Assembly (NCBI GenBank): GCA_964188305.1 | Contig: OZ076895.1 | Strand: one strand, 5' to 3' | Origin: Podarcis bocagei | Lineage: Eukaryota | DNA: 64,000 bases | Shown here: positions 23,020 through 36,229 of the stretch, piece after piece | How positions within the stretch are numbered: the stretch's first letter is position 1 | Layout of the letters: every line of letters starts with the position of its first letter | Notes under the pieces: model-generated | What the model was told of the DNA's origin: nothing | Seen by the model: only the letters and a program-made list of their open reading frames with translations | The model's database searches: none | Program-made: the position numbers and the translations under genes

Positions 23020-23442
23020 ACAGACAGGAAAAGCATGTCTGGAGTTTGCTACATGTACAATCAGGGTCTATTTGATTGGTCATGCAAGAAGCAAACAACA
23101 GTTAGCTTAAGTACTTGTGAAGCTGAACTGAAAGCACTGTCTTATTCACTTAAAGATTGTGAATGGTTGTTACAATTGTGCAAAGACACGAAAATTCCTG
23201 TCAAATGTCCAATCCAGGTTTACCAGGACAACAAAGCATGTTTGGCTTTGCTGAATTCTGAAGGTTGTAAGCAAAGCACGAAGCACTTGCAATTGAAGTT
23301 GCAACATGCTAGGGAACGTGTTCAGAAGGGACTCGTAACGGTGTCCTATATGCCAGGTAATGAAATTCCTGCTGATGTATTGTCAAAGGTTGTACCAAAG
23401 GATCAACACTGTGCCTATGTACGGAAGTTGGGTTTGTACTGA
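23020..23442 (+). mobile_element. Ty1/copia LTR retrotransposon pol C-terminus (RNase H)
   Basis: DRKSMSG...DWSCKKQTTVSLSTCEAELKALS...YQDNKAC...TKH...ADVLSK, the canonical copia RNase H motifs; frame is open. Confidence 0.92.
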
Positions 23443-23459
23443 TATTGTACAATTATTGT

Positions 23460-23820
23460 GGGATGGGGAGGATGTTGGTTTCTATTTCCCTCACTGAGCA
23501 GCAACTGCAGTCACAAGACATTGTTTTGCATTCCACAGTCCAAGTTACTCTTGGATTCCCACGGGAATGGGAGACTGGATGTGACGTTCACTGGTTTCCT
23601 GTTTTTCAGTGTTCTCTCGGTTTCTTTGTTAGAGAGACGGTTGCTTCTCTGCTCTCACAGAGGCAAGATGCATGTTTGTATTCTCTCAGCATAGAGTGGA
23701 AATAAAGTAAAGAATGTGGCACATACTGTTTATCCTTCTGCTGTGTGGACTACTCTGCTTGGGCTCAAGATAAGACGAGCCTGAATCAGCTTCAGATGGG
23801 CCGAAGCTGGTCAAAATCAT
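23460..23820 (+). mobile_element. Polypurine tract and 3' LTR of the copia remnant
   Basis: PPT GGGATGGGGAGGA (23460-23472) is directly followed by a TGTT LTR start at 23473; AATAAA at 23701. LTR end is approximate. Confidence 0.75.
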
Positions 23821-24974
23821 TTATGCATTGATGAATTTAGTTCAAGTCTTCTCTATAAAAAAGCCTATAAAAAGGGAGGTGCACTTAAGTATGTAGGGTG
23901 AGGATTCTCACTCTTCTACCATCAACCTCATGCTTTACAAAAATCATAGGTAGCTATTAATCTTTCTCCTTTGGAGGGCTGTGATACAGAGTGGATTTCC
24001 TGCTGAGCATTGTGGATTTTCTTTAAAGGTTTTCAGCCCTACAAGGCTAGATAAGCACTATAAGCAGCAGCTGTATTTTTCCCCATCTAGCTTTGCTAAA
24101 ATAAAATCAAAAAGTTACCAAGGACACCTTCTTGCCATTTGTCCCAACATCTACTACAGTGTAAATTAATCCATAAGCACCTCAAATTTAGTTGACAGCT
24201 TAGCACACTTTAAAAATTGGTTTTAAACATGATCTGAAAATGTTAGAGTCTGTATTTGATACATCTGATGGTACTTCCACTCCAAACAGAAATGGAGTGA
24301 GACACAAAAAAGGCTGGCGAGAAATCAATGTGAGCAATAATTATCCTATGAAATGTATTTTATAATTAATGTTATTAATAACTCAATCTTTTCTGTCTAG
24401 AGGAGGTGACACAACCCTAGCCACACCTTTTTTTTCTTTTAGTCTAGGAAGGCTGAAAGGGGAACAAAACAAACAAGAGAAAAAAATGATATCAGTGGGA
24501 TATGAGAATTTATTTGAATAGATTTCCCCCCCACCAGTGCCTTCTGAAGAAAGGCGAGAAAACAAATAAACAAGGCCCCAAAATGGTGCAGTTTCCTTCA
24601 GTTTGCCAGTGATTTCTGGAAGCTTATGGGTAGCTACTGAATCTTAAGGAAAAAGAAAAAGAAAACCCAAAACTGTTTTATCAGTTTCTACCCAGCCTCT
24701 GGTTCTTACCAGAGAGCATGGGCACTGAAGCAATGAGCAACTGCAGCCAATCAGCGAGAACACAAGAAGCTGTCGTACTGAGTCGATTCATACGTTCATC
24801 TACAGTATCTCAGCATTGCTTACACTGACCCGGCAGTGGCTCTTGGGAATTTCAGGGAGGGCACACTCCCAGTCCCAGCCCTAACTGGAGATGCTGTGGG
24901 TTGAGTCTGTGACCTTCTTCCCACAAAGCAGTTGCTACAACCCTTTGCTTCCCCGTATTTTTCTCCATGCACTA

Positions 24975-25664
24975 GTGTTTGAGGACCGGTACATTTGCAG
25001 GGAAACCAAAATGCTTGTTTACAAAGCTGTTGTACTACCAACCTTACTGTATGCTTGTGAAACATGGACCACTTATAAACGCCATCTCCAACTCCTCAAA
25101 AGATTCCATCAACGGTGTCTCCAAAAATTTTTACACATCAGTTGGGAAGACAGATGAACTAATACCAGTGTACTGGAAGAAGCAAAGATCACCAGTGTTG
25201 AAGCAATGATTCTTCAACATCAACTTCATTGGACTGGTCATGTTGTGCAGATGTCAGATTATCGCCTTCCAAAGCAACTACTCTATTCCAAACTTAAAAA
25301 TGGAAAGCGTAATGCTGGTGGTCAACGCAAGAGGTTTAAAGACTGTCTCAAGGCAATTTTTAAAAAAATGTAGTATAAACACCAACAATTGGGAAACACT
25401 TGGAGAATAGCCTTTACCAAAGGTGTGATGGGCTTTGAAGACACTCGAACTCAGGATGCAAGGTAGAAACGTGCTAAGAGGAAGGCATGCTTGGCAAATC
25501 CACACAGTGATCAACTCTCGCCTGGAAACCAATGTCCCCACTGTGGAAGGACGTGAATTGGCCTCCACAGAATTGGCCTCCACAGTCACTTACGGACTCA
25601 TTGTTAAAACCGTGTTTATGGAAGACAATCTTACTCGGCTACGAGTGATCGCCAGAGAAGAAGA
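24975..25664 (+). mobile_element. RTE-clade LINE 3' fragment
   Basis: ETKMLVYKAVVLPTLLYACETWT...LKRFHQRCL and HWTGHVV motifs; (GAA)n tail. Confidence 0.9.
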
Positions 25665-28439
25665 TTGGTCAACAGCTGCCATTTGGCCAAGAGGACTGTG
25701 AACTTGGCAGCTGCCCTCTATGTAAACGTTCCCACTGGATTTTATTATTAATCATGGTGAAAACCATGCGTCCTAAAATGGTTGAAGATGTAAATAAAAG
25801 ACGAATCCCAAACCCAACATGGCTGATATCCAAACGAGACACCGCTTATGTCCAGTGATTTCAACAGGTCTGCTCTGAGTAGGGCTTTCATTAGATATCA
25901 CCTGGAAAAAACACCCCTTTCATAACAACACTAAAAGACTAACAACTAGCACAGAGATACCCTAACGCATAATAGCAGTTAATAATATAGAATTAGTAAC
26001 AGCAGGGAGGCAGCTATTGTGCGTCCTTGGCAGGAAGGGAGGAAGTGGCTGTCAGGTGTTCAGTGGGGGAGGGGGTGGCAGGTGAGGAGTGCCTGTTGAA
26101 TTCAAATTCAAAAGAACATACTTTAAAAAAAATACCTTCCAGCTACAGTATGCACCGTTAATCAAATCTCAGCAATGAGCATATCCAAACTTACTGTCTC
26201 TCCCTAGCACACATGTCAGCTGAAATACATGCATGCAGTCTGCCTTCCTGCAATCTGGATGCTCTGCGTTCTCGCTAAACTGTCACAAAGAAAGTAATGC
26301 ATAGAAATAGTTATGCTGTGTGTAGCAACAGCATCAGTATGGGTTGCCTAAAAAGGAGTTTCAAAAGTGTGAAGTGTCCCTTTAAGCACAATCTCTTTAT
26401 CTTCATTATAGATAGGTGGGTATTAATAAAATATGTGGGGGGAAATGTTATGCAACAGAAAATAGGTTTCTGAGAAGAGAACATTCTGCATAGATACTTT
26501 TATGAGATACTCCGCATTCCAATAACTCTCATACAGAGTGGAGCTCAAGCATGGCAGAAGTCAGATAAGTTCTCACATATGAATAGCTAATTTTTAAGCA
26601 AGCATCATTTGTATTACTTTTGCAATATATCCAGTTATTATCAGCCGAGTGTGATGATTTGAGGCATTTCGTATCTCATTTTCCACTTTTTTTTCACTTT
26701 CATATGCGTGTAAACAGATAAAACTATGTCACTGACTGACTGGACTCTTACGCAGTGATGACTGACAGTCGCCCATGACCCTCAACGGGGGCCATCTTAA
26801 TGACACTATTAGAGAAGGGCAGGGGGCTATTAAAGGTGTAGTGGGGATAATGCTTTCAGCTTACATCTAAACTATTTTAAAGTTTCCTTTGAGAATATGT
26901 GCAATAAACTCTAGTATAAAGCATGCACTCCTTTCCTCTTGACAATGCTGTATACAATTCTAAATCTGTATCCATCTCTACTTGCCCCCACATTCAACTC
27001 CAGATTTAAACAGATAAATCTAGTAAGGTACTACATCTGGGGTATGAGACGTCAATCCTATTAGCTTTAAGTTGCCTGGGTGCTAATGATCATGGTATAA
27101 ATAGGAATTTGGGTCACCCATTATCTATATTCAATATTTTTCTTCACCAAACCATGCAGAAAAGTTCTTCCTTGAAGAGCCGTTGGCAATTAACAGAACT
27201 CATTTGCAATAAAGGTGCTTATCAGAATCAGTAAGCAGCTTCTTTTAAGATGCTTAGTTGCAAATTATTCCTTAACACCAAATGAATGCATTAGCCACAT
27301 CAAAATTCCCTGTTTCAGAGATTTTCTTGTCAGCAACACTGAATTAATGTGAAGGTAGTTTTCTCAAGTCTTTCTGCATTTTTTTTTAAAAAAGAAAGGT
27401 TTATCTTCCTAGCCCCAACCTATCACTGCTCTTTGCAGTTAAAGTTATTCCAATGTATGTTTGCAAGGGCAATCTCTAAAGGCACATAAAATAAAATGGG
27501 AAAAGGGTGTCATTAGAAAAGAAACAAATATTTCAGACATCAGAAATACTACTGAAAATGAGGCACAAATGGGTATTCTTTAGGGGATGGTAGTAATTTG
27601 AGTTGTCAACGCCTCAAATATACGATGACAAAAAATACAGGAGTCAGACCGGATCAGAGCAATAGATATAACTAAAGAAAGTCTTGAACGTGAAAATAAT
27701 TCCCACAAAAATGAATTTGCTTTTTTTGTTGCTTTGGAATGAAGTACAAAAGATCAGAAATGCACAGTTACGGAGCATATAGAAATTTTTACAGGAACAT
27801 TGGTATGACTAACATTAACAAGAAATAAGATGCTATTTCAATGCAGTTTTGGACTTTAAACATTATAAGTCACTATTTTCTTTCTTTCTTTTTTTTAAAA
27901 AAAATATATATTTGAACAGGAGAATCTGAAGGCAAGTACTTTGAATCTGTTCCACTTAGGGTTGTATGGTGGCACCATTTCCTGTTGTACTTTGTATTCA
28001 TCGCAAGCAGTACATTTTCCTCAGGAGTTTGTCTTTTGCCTAAAAGCACATTATTCATCTCACCGTTCACTGTGGCAAAAGTATTTCACTTACAAGTTGC
28101 AAACTGCACTAAATCACAATTTATATTCACTAACTATCAGTACAGGGTACTGGGCATCATTTTCTGGTGGCGGGATGCCATCTTGCCCTTAGGATTGTGG
28201 GTGCCTGTTGCCTGCACTACTTGCCAGTGTGCGTGTGTGTGTGACGTTGCACATCCAAGTTGTGGCGACCAGTGGCAACTCCTCTTCCTCCTCCTCTCTG
28301 CAGCCAGTGAGGTACCCTTTGCCTCATGGAGGGGCTCACACTCAGAGGCAGAGAGACTCCACCTCCATGTCCAAGCCCCACCCCCCAAAAGGGTGTCTCG
28401 CTGGCTGGCTGCAGAGGGCAGAGCTAAACTGCTTTTCTC

Positions 28440-28650
28440 TCGTAGATCGGGGAACGCTGTGGACATAGTGTATCTTGATTTCAGTAAGGTTTCCATAACC
28501 TGGTTTCAAGTTACAAGAAACGTGATTCTGACTGAACATCAGGAAGAACATTTGGGCAGTAAGAGCTGCTTGACAGTGGAATGGAATCTCTTGGAAGGTG
28601 GTTGACTGGAGGTTGTTAAGCAGATGTTGGATGGCCATCTGCCATGGAAG
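28440..28650 (+). mobile_element. Internally deleted CR1 fragment
   Basis: GNAVDIVYLDFSK RT motif fused to 3'-end sequence (ggtttcaagttacaagaaa...). Confidence 0.8.
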
Positions 28651-30534
28651 CTTTCACAGCGGCCTGCCGGCTTTTCTCATTGACTTTGTGGGTGCCTGGA
28701 GTTGGCTCCTATGCCTGGTGGAGACAAAGTTGCAAAGACAAATCCATTTTGAATGTTCTTCATGTAAAGGTCACATCCCAACTAGGGATGTCAAAGAAGA
28801 ACTCTGACAGAAATGAATCATAGAATCATAGAGTTGGGAGAGACCACAAGGGCCATCGAGTCCAACCCCCTGCCAAGCAGGAAATGGGAGCAGAAATTGC
28901 TGAGGTTCAATTATCTGTCCCACGTCCAGAACAGAAATCTCCTACAGTATTCCCTGTGGCTGTTGCTTTCAATCTGCAAATGATCCGTAACTGATCACAC
29001 ACACACCCTTTGCATTGAAATGAATGCAGCGGAATAACATCACAACAATGTAATTTACACAATTTGCATAATTCATTATGTATATTAGGGAAGGTACCTA
29101 TTTTTTTCCAGCGTGGACATTGAGACAAATGGTATAGTTTTGAACAAAATGCAACCTCGAGTCCAGAGGAAACAGGGCTGCATGTGACAAATACAGGCTG
29201 CAACAGAAAACAATGCCTTCTTATATCCCTAACCACAAACTGCATGCCTTCAGAGTCTCTAGTTCAAAAAGTCAATGTATTTTGCAAACCACGTCTGCAG
29301 TGTTCACATATTTCTGCATTCCAAGCAAAGATGCCCAACTGCTTAACATTTCACATTTACGGAACAGTTGAAATGCTGTCAAAGAACCTAGTAGTTAAAG
29401 CACATGCAAATGCAATAATTGTCCACCCTTCTTTACCTATTGATTATTGCTTGGTGTTAATAATTATGGGTTGTATCCAGCACTGTCATTCTGCCTGTGC
29501 AACGTACTTTCTCTTGCACCAGAGAACATGCCCTTCCTCTTCTTTCTCCTACATCCCCACTCTCAACATCTGTTCCAGATTGTTGCTTTTCTAGAGATGT
29601 CTTTGGGGTTGCACAGGAAAAATCTGTGGAATTTCTGTGAAAGTCTGCACTGCAACGTTGGATTCGGTCCTACTTTTCACTGTGTATAGAAGACTGAATC
29701 AAAATATTTGTTTTAAAATTATATTAAACAAAAAAAAAGGGTGAAAAGGAAGTTTGAGATATAGTGCCATTGGCTTTTACCATTCGGGCATATGTGATAC
29801 CCAGTTTAAAGTTGTTTTCACAAGTACAGTATCTGTATGGCCTAAGCATGCATCAAAATATGACTTTTATAGTGTACTGAATATGGGACCTACTCCATGC
29901 AAAGCATGAATAAAAACCCTGTCTCATAGCTATAGTTTCTTTTCTCCCCCCCCCCCCAGCCTTTTTTTGATGGTATGGATACTTATGGAACATAATGTAG
30001 AAGGAGTTGTGTTTATTTTCATAGAATTTCATTCATTTCCAATTTGTCTTCTTACTGAGCTTTCTAGGTGGTGACTTACATACACAGCTACAAAGTGAAA
30101 ATGTCAGACAGATGCAAGTTTTAGCTCTGCAGACCCTTCGAATGCAGCCCATTATTTTCACCTCTCAAGCTGTTGTTTAACATGCATAACCTCCAGCAGC
30201 CAGCGACACTGGATGCAGATTTAGTGCCGTTTATAGCCTCCTATTTATCCATCCCTACTCGTGACTAGTTCTTCCCCAGCAAGTCCAAAAAGAGAGAGAA
30301 AGAAGCTTAGTGCTGCAGAATTCTTGTGAAATATTACTGTTAACAGAAATGTTGTGAGCTGGTGATATTCTGTCCTTTGCATTTGCTAGAAGTCCTGTAC
30401 CCATCATGGTTGCATGCTGTGCTGTATGTTGCAAAATGTGTTTAATATTTCCATAGTCCACCTGCAAATGTGCCTGATTTGGACCTTCATGTTCTCTTGG
30501 AGTAGTGATCATGCCATAAAATTGCTTTGGGATA

Positions 30535-30776
30535 CAGTGGTACGCCGGGTTAAGAACTTAATTCGTTCTGGAGGTCCGTTCTTAACCTGAAACTGTTCTT
30601 AACCTGAGGTACCACTTTAGCTAATGGGGCCTCCCCCTGCCGCCGTGCCCCCACTGCGTGATTTCTGTCCTCATCCTGAAGCAAAGTTCTTAACCTGAGG
30701 TACTATTTCTGGGTTAGCGGAGTCTGTAACCTGAAGTGTCTGTAACCTGAAGCGTCTGTAACCCGAGGTACCACTG
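30535..30776. mobile_element. Tc1/mariner (Tigger-like) MITE
   Basis: TA-CAGTGGTAC...GTACCACTG-TA; same family as 12006-12236. Confidence 0.92.
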
Positions 30777-31331
30777 TACTTCATTGGAAGTGATCAATAA
30801 ATGAAATGGTGATGATGATAATGATAACTATTTTTATTTTCATGTATGCTGGAACCCACACTAGGTGTCATGGCATCCAAAGTTCTGCCTAGAGGGAACT
30901 TGCCATCTTTCTTTATACTGTGTAGCAGGGTACAGTAATGATGGTGATAATGAGCACAGATCATAATCAAAGTTCTTGGGTTATTTCTGTAAGTCAATGT
31001 TTAATGAGAGACGTGTCAGCATTCTCTGGTTCATAAGGCATATATCAATATGATGGGGTAGTCTATCAACAACAATATTTTTCTTCTGTGTCCTCAGTGC
31101 TTCGTCTTGTCCCCATTTCAGCACAGGTGACGTTTTTGAGTGATTTACCTGTTAGTTAGTTCTGCATACTCCTGCCAATCTACTCAGCTGGCACAAGGTG
31201 AATACAAACGAAATTGCTATGCCATTGAATACATTGCATAAACTGGAGAAAGAAAAAATAATGTGGATGGAATAGATAATGAAATGCTCAGCATTTCAGT
31301 ACCTTCTTCATATCTTTTAAAATCTCTTGAC

Positions 31332-31860
31332 ATCATAGAATGGTACAGTTGGAAGGGACCCTGAAGGTCATCTGATTCAACCGGATGCAATGCAAGAATC
31401 TCAACTAAAGCTTCCATGACAGATGGCCATCCAACATCTGCTTAACAACCACCTTCTATTCCACTGTCAAGCAGCTCTTACTGCCCAAATGTTCTTCCTG
31501 ATGTTTAGTCAGAATCTCATTTCTTGTAACTTGAAACCAAGTTATGGAAGCCTCACTGAAATCAAGATACACTATGCTCACAGCGTTCCCCTGATCTACC
31601 AAGCTTGCAACTCTAACAAAAGGAAAAAAAGAAATGAGATTTGTCTGGCATGACTTGAGAAATCCATGCCGGGTCTTAGTAATCACAGCGTCCTTTTCTA
31701 AGTGCTCCCAGACCAACTGTTGAATTATCTTTTCTAGGGCCTTTCCTGGTATCGATGTCAAGCTGACCAGTTGGTAGTTACCTGGATTTTTATTTTCCCC
31801 ACATTTTGAAGATGGGGCAACATTTGCCTGCAGTGACCTCACCTGTTCTCCAAGAATAAT
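31332..31860 (-). mobile_element. Internally deleted CR1 element
   Basis: NPGNYQLVSLTSIPGKALEKII...HGFLKSCQTNLISF...VYLDFS, then CR1 3' end ccttccaact...ttctatgat. Confidence 0.88.
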
Positions 31861-33639
31861 GTGTTTTGAATTTACTTGCTTCTGAAAAGGAGTTTCACTT
31901 AATTGTGCAAGTCCTCTTGGGGTGGTGGGTAGGGAGCAGACACAACATTTAACTTCATTACGGCTATGTAATAATATTTATTCTGTGCCAAGGTCCTCTC
32001 TCTGTTCACCACCTGCTTAACTTAAATGTGTGTGGGGTGGGGAGACATGCAGAAGATGGAGATGTAGTTGATGATCCCCACCCCACTCCATCCCCAGGTT
32101 ACGACACAAGCTGATATTTATCAGGGTTGGCTCTACCATTAGACAGAGTGAATGTCAGGGTTCAGTCCTGCCTAGTCCTGAGGTATCAATGGGCAGGTGC
32201 AAGGGGATCAGATCCAGCAGGTTGCCACACTGCCAATCACACTGAAGAGTCAATGAACCCAGATATCCCTGCTCCAGAACTGGATGTGCTCCACATCAGC
32301 TGCCTGGGTCAGTGATCAGCCTCCTCTCCTATCTCCTTCAGGGCCTTAAGAAGAGAAGAGATAGACAAACAAACAGACATGAGCTCCAGAACTGCTGCTG
32401 AAGTGTACTTGGAACAGGGGAATTGTATGGAAGCACCTGCCTGGATGCAAGCATGGATGATTGCCAGGAAGGGTGGAGCACCTATATTAGCTTCCAGAGT
32501 GAGCTCCTTTCTGCTGAATCAACAAATCTTCCCATCTTCCTGACCAAGGAAAACAGACCGTGAGGCTGCTGCCCCAGATGGCAAATGTGTTTGTGGGTTG
32601 TTTAATGACAGAGCTATGTAACCTGTCCTGCATTCGCCTAAGTGACCCAGGTGTGCTATAGAATGCTGTCCTATCACCAAATTGGAAATGCATTTTGATC
32701 GCCAGTCTGGTTGGTTTTGGTAAACATAATGAGGAGGGTGATATTTTCCCTTTTGGTTCGGACCGCAAAATGTGGCCTTGCCCTGCTCATTATTAACATA
32801 TCCCCCAATTATTAGTACTACCCTGGCTTTTTTTTACTGGCCACTGATGTATTTAGAATTCAGCTAAACAAAGCAAGAAGTAAGAACAGAATAAATTTAG
32901 TAGGTTCTAAATAGGTGTTATTAAAATATGTGATTCAGGAATTATCCCAGTATATTGCATCAGCTCTCATTGGGGTTTATGAAGAACAGCACAGCTCCAG
33001 TAGGACTCTAATATTACTTTTCAAAATATTACTTGCGTTATAGCATGCTTCTCTTTGGGATGTATCAACTTCTCTACAAAATCATGGAGGAGCTTGTGAG
33101 CAGTTCTGCTTCCTGCAGTACGTGAAATGATTCTGGTGGATTAGACGTGATTAGGAAGCACAGCAACTAAGTCTGCTCAATCTTTCCTCCATTATGAAAT
33201 TTCTTACTAGGAGAGTTGCAAAAATGAGGGGGGGGAGAGAGTGTATAATAACAGTTTTGACGCATGAGATCAGTGCTTAGGCACAGTTTGCCTTATGGAT
33301 GTATGATTATGTCAGGATCATTTAACACACTCCCGGATATTTGGCCCTTGGCACTAGGTGGAATCTCTGCCTTGTATATTGGTAGTTAATAAAATATGTG
33401 CTGCAGGAATGTTCAAATATAGAGCATCAGCTGCATTTTACCAAGTCACATGTTTGGTCCATCCAATTCTATACTGGCAGGCAGCAGCCAGGGTTTCAGA
33501 TAGTGTGGATTAAAAATTTCTCATTTCCCCCCTGACGTTTGGGAAATTTCCCTGAGTGATTTGAAATTTACCACGTGTTATTCTCTGAAAGAGAACTATT
33601 TGAAAATGATTCATAGATGGTATTTAACTGTGAGTAGGT

Positions 33640-34275
33640 TGCCTAAGATGTATATACAGAATCAGATACGTGTTGGAAATGGGAGGAAGCTTTTTTCCTA
33701 TGTGGTGGACATGTAGAAAGGTAAAAGAATATTGGGAAATGATTTATAATGAATTGAAAAAAATGTTTAAATTTACCTTCCCCTAAAAAACTTTTTGTTG
33801 GGAATAACCCAGAAAGAAATCCCCAGATGCCAGAAAAGTTCATTTATGTATGCAGCAACAGCGGCCCGTGTTCTGTTAGTCCCAAAATGAAAAGTGAGTG
33901 AGGTCCCATGTAAAGAGGACTGACAATTTAAGATGTTAGAATGTGCACAACTTGCAGGCTTAACATACAGAATAAGAGAGCAAGAAGAACATATATTTAA
34001 AGAAGAGTGGAAAATATTTATTGAATATATGGAAAATAATTGTACACAGCTGAAAATGCTGGCAAATATTAAGATAAATTCAAAATGGTAAACAATATCT
34101 GATTGATGCAAAATTGGAAAAGTGATTTGAATGGTTACAGTAAAATATGTAGAAATGTATGATATGTAACATGAACCATGGAAGGAGAAGAAGGTATTTT
34201 AAAGTTTGGGTATTTTAAAGTTTGTAAAATGTTTATTTTGAAATGTAAAAAAACTGAAAACTCAATAAAAAAAGT
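33640..34275 (+). mobile_element. Decayed L1-clade LINE 3' end
   Basis: CWK...MWWTCRKVKEYWE zinc-knuckle remnant, A-rich strand, ends AATAAAAAAA. Confidence 0.75.
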
Positions 34276-34729
34276 TTTTTAAAAATCTCATTTTTTCCTC
34301 TTCTGAATTCACAAAATTTGCTCAAAATACATATTTGTAATGGCCAACATTTTGCCTCTGCCATACCATAAAATGAAACTAGGTCTGGAGCATAGTGGAG
34401 GAAGCAAATAGGTGGCTGGCTTTCCCAACATGCCTGATGCAAAAGAGTAGGAGGAGGAAACCACCCTTGGGGGGGGGGGGATAAATGAGCTGTGTTTCTG
34501 CCACTGCTAATGGTGATCCCCACCCCTGAGAAGACATTTGACCATTTCTCCTCCCTCTATAGGAATCTGGTGAAAGAGTTTCTCCGTTTCTCTGCTCACA
34601 GATGATAAGGCCGTTTGTGTCCAGTTCTCCTTTCAATCAGGAACCTTCCTATGTCTACCTGAAGGTGCCAGGAATTAAACCTGCATGTAAAGGAGATACT
34701 GTGCTGTCACAAAGCTAAATTTGCTCCCA

Positions 34730-35308
34730 GAAGAGGTAGAGGTGGCCACAAACTTGGGTAGATTTAAAAGAGAATTAGACAAATTCATGGAGGAGAGCCT
34801 TATGTTCTGCAGTGGAGGTAGAACATGGTTACCATGAATAGTTCTCACTGATTGCCTTACGTTCTACTTCCACTGTCAAAGGCTACTGCCTCTCAATAGC
34901 AGGTGCTGGGAATCACTGGTTGGAAGTGTGCTATTGCACTTGGTTTCTGCTTTTGAGCTTCCCATATGCCTCAGTCCAGTATACCTGAAGGAGTGTCTCC
35001 ACCCCCATCGTTCTGCACGGACGCTGAGATCCAGCGCCGAGGGCCTTCTGGTGGTTCCCTCACGGCGAGAAGCAAAGCTACAGGGAACCAGGCAGAGGGC
35101 CTTCTCGGTAGTGGCACCCGCCCTGTGGAATGCCCTCCCACCAGATGTCAAAGAGAAGAACAACTACCTGACATTTAGAAGACATCTGAAGGCAGCCCTG
35201 TTCAGGGAAGTTTTTAATGTGTGACATTTTAAAGTATTTTTAATCTTTGTTGGAAGCCGCCCAGAGTGGCTGGGGAGACCCAGCCAGATGGTGGGGTACA
35301 AATAATAA

Positions 35309-35361
<53 letters not shown>

Positions 35362-35432
35362 CTTATTGGCCGCTGTGAGAACAAGATGCTGGGCTTGACG
35401 GACCCATGGCCTGATCCAGCTCTTCTTACATT
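34730..35432 (+). mobile_element. CR1-type 3' fragment split by a younger L2 insertion (34969-35360)
   Basis: CR1-type sequence stops at gagcttcccat and resumes ttggccgctgtgagaacaagatgctggg after the L2 tail. Confidence 0.7.
34969..35360 (+). mobile_element. L2 3' end with (ATT)n tail
   Basis: PVYLKE...RAFSVVAPALWNALP...FRRHLKAALF; highly similar to 10405-10740. Confidence 0.92.
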
Positions 35433-36229
35433 CCCATGCAAAGCTCTTCCCTTGTTTTGGTTTTCATATTTTTTAAAAAATAGTTTGAATACTTATGGGA
35501 ACTATGGCTACTTTACAGAACTCCATTCATTTTTAATTTGTCTTATCACAGAGCTTTCTAGGTGGTGACTGCATATACGGACACATACGGAGTGAAAATG
35601 TCAGACAGATGCAGGTTTAAGCTCTAGAGAGCCTTAAAGCTTGGCCCCTCATTCTCATCTCTCAAGCTGTCATTTAACATGTATAACCTCCAGCAGCTAG
35701 GGACATTGGAGGTAGATGTACTGCCATTTAGAGCCACCCATTTCTCCATCCCTGAACCAATAAATAACATGCACGGAAATGTTACCTAAATGTCTGACAT
35801 TCAGAATCTGAATAACATTTTGGTTATAATGAAATGTTCATGTTATCTGAAAGTTTTGCATTGTGTGCGTGCTTGTGTGTGTGTTTCTGGTTAGCAAAAT
35901 CTAACTATTTCAGAAGTGAGGAACAAATTAACTTTGCAATCCTGTCCTTGAGTTAAACTGCATCTATAAGGGTATATTGCTCTTTCCAGTGCAATTCTCC
36001 AGATGCTGGTGGCCTGCACTACATATTCACTCCCACAAGAGAAAAATGTCTAACTGATTACATCTCGCCCCACCCACCCTGAGGGGCTATAGTGGTACTC
36101 AAGACCAGTGTCCTGGCCCTACGAAGATTTTAATTCCACAGCCATAGGCCTTAGGCAGGAAGTTAGCTCTGTGGTCAATGAAATGGAAAATTGTGGAGTG
36201 TTCCAGAAAAGAAGAATAGGGGCACAGCT

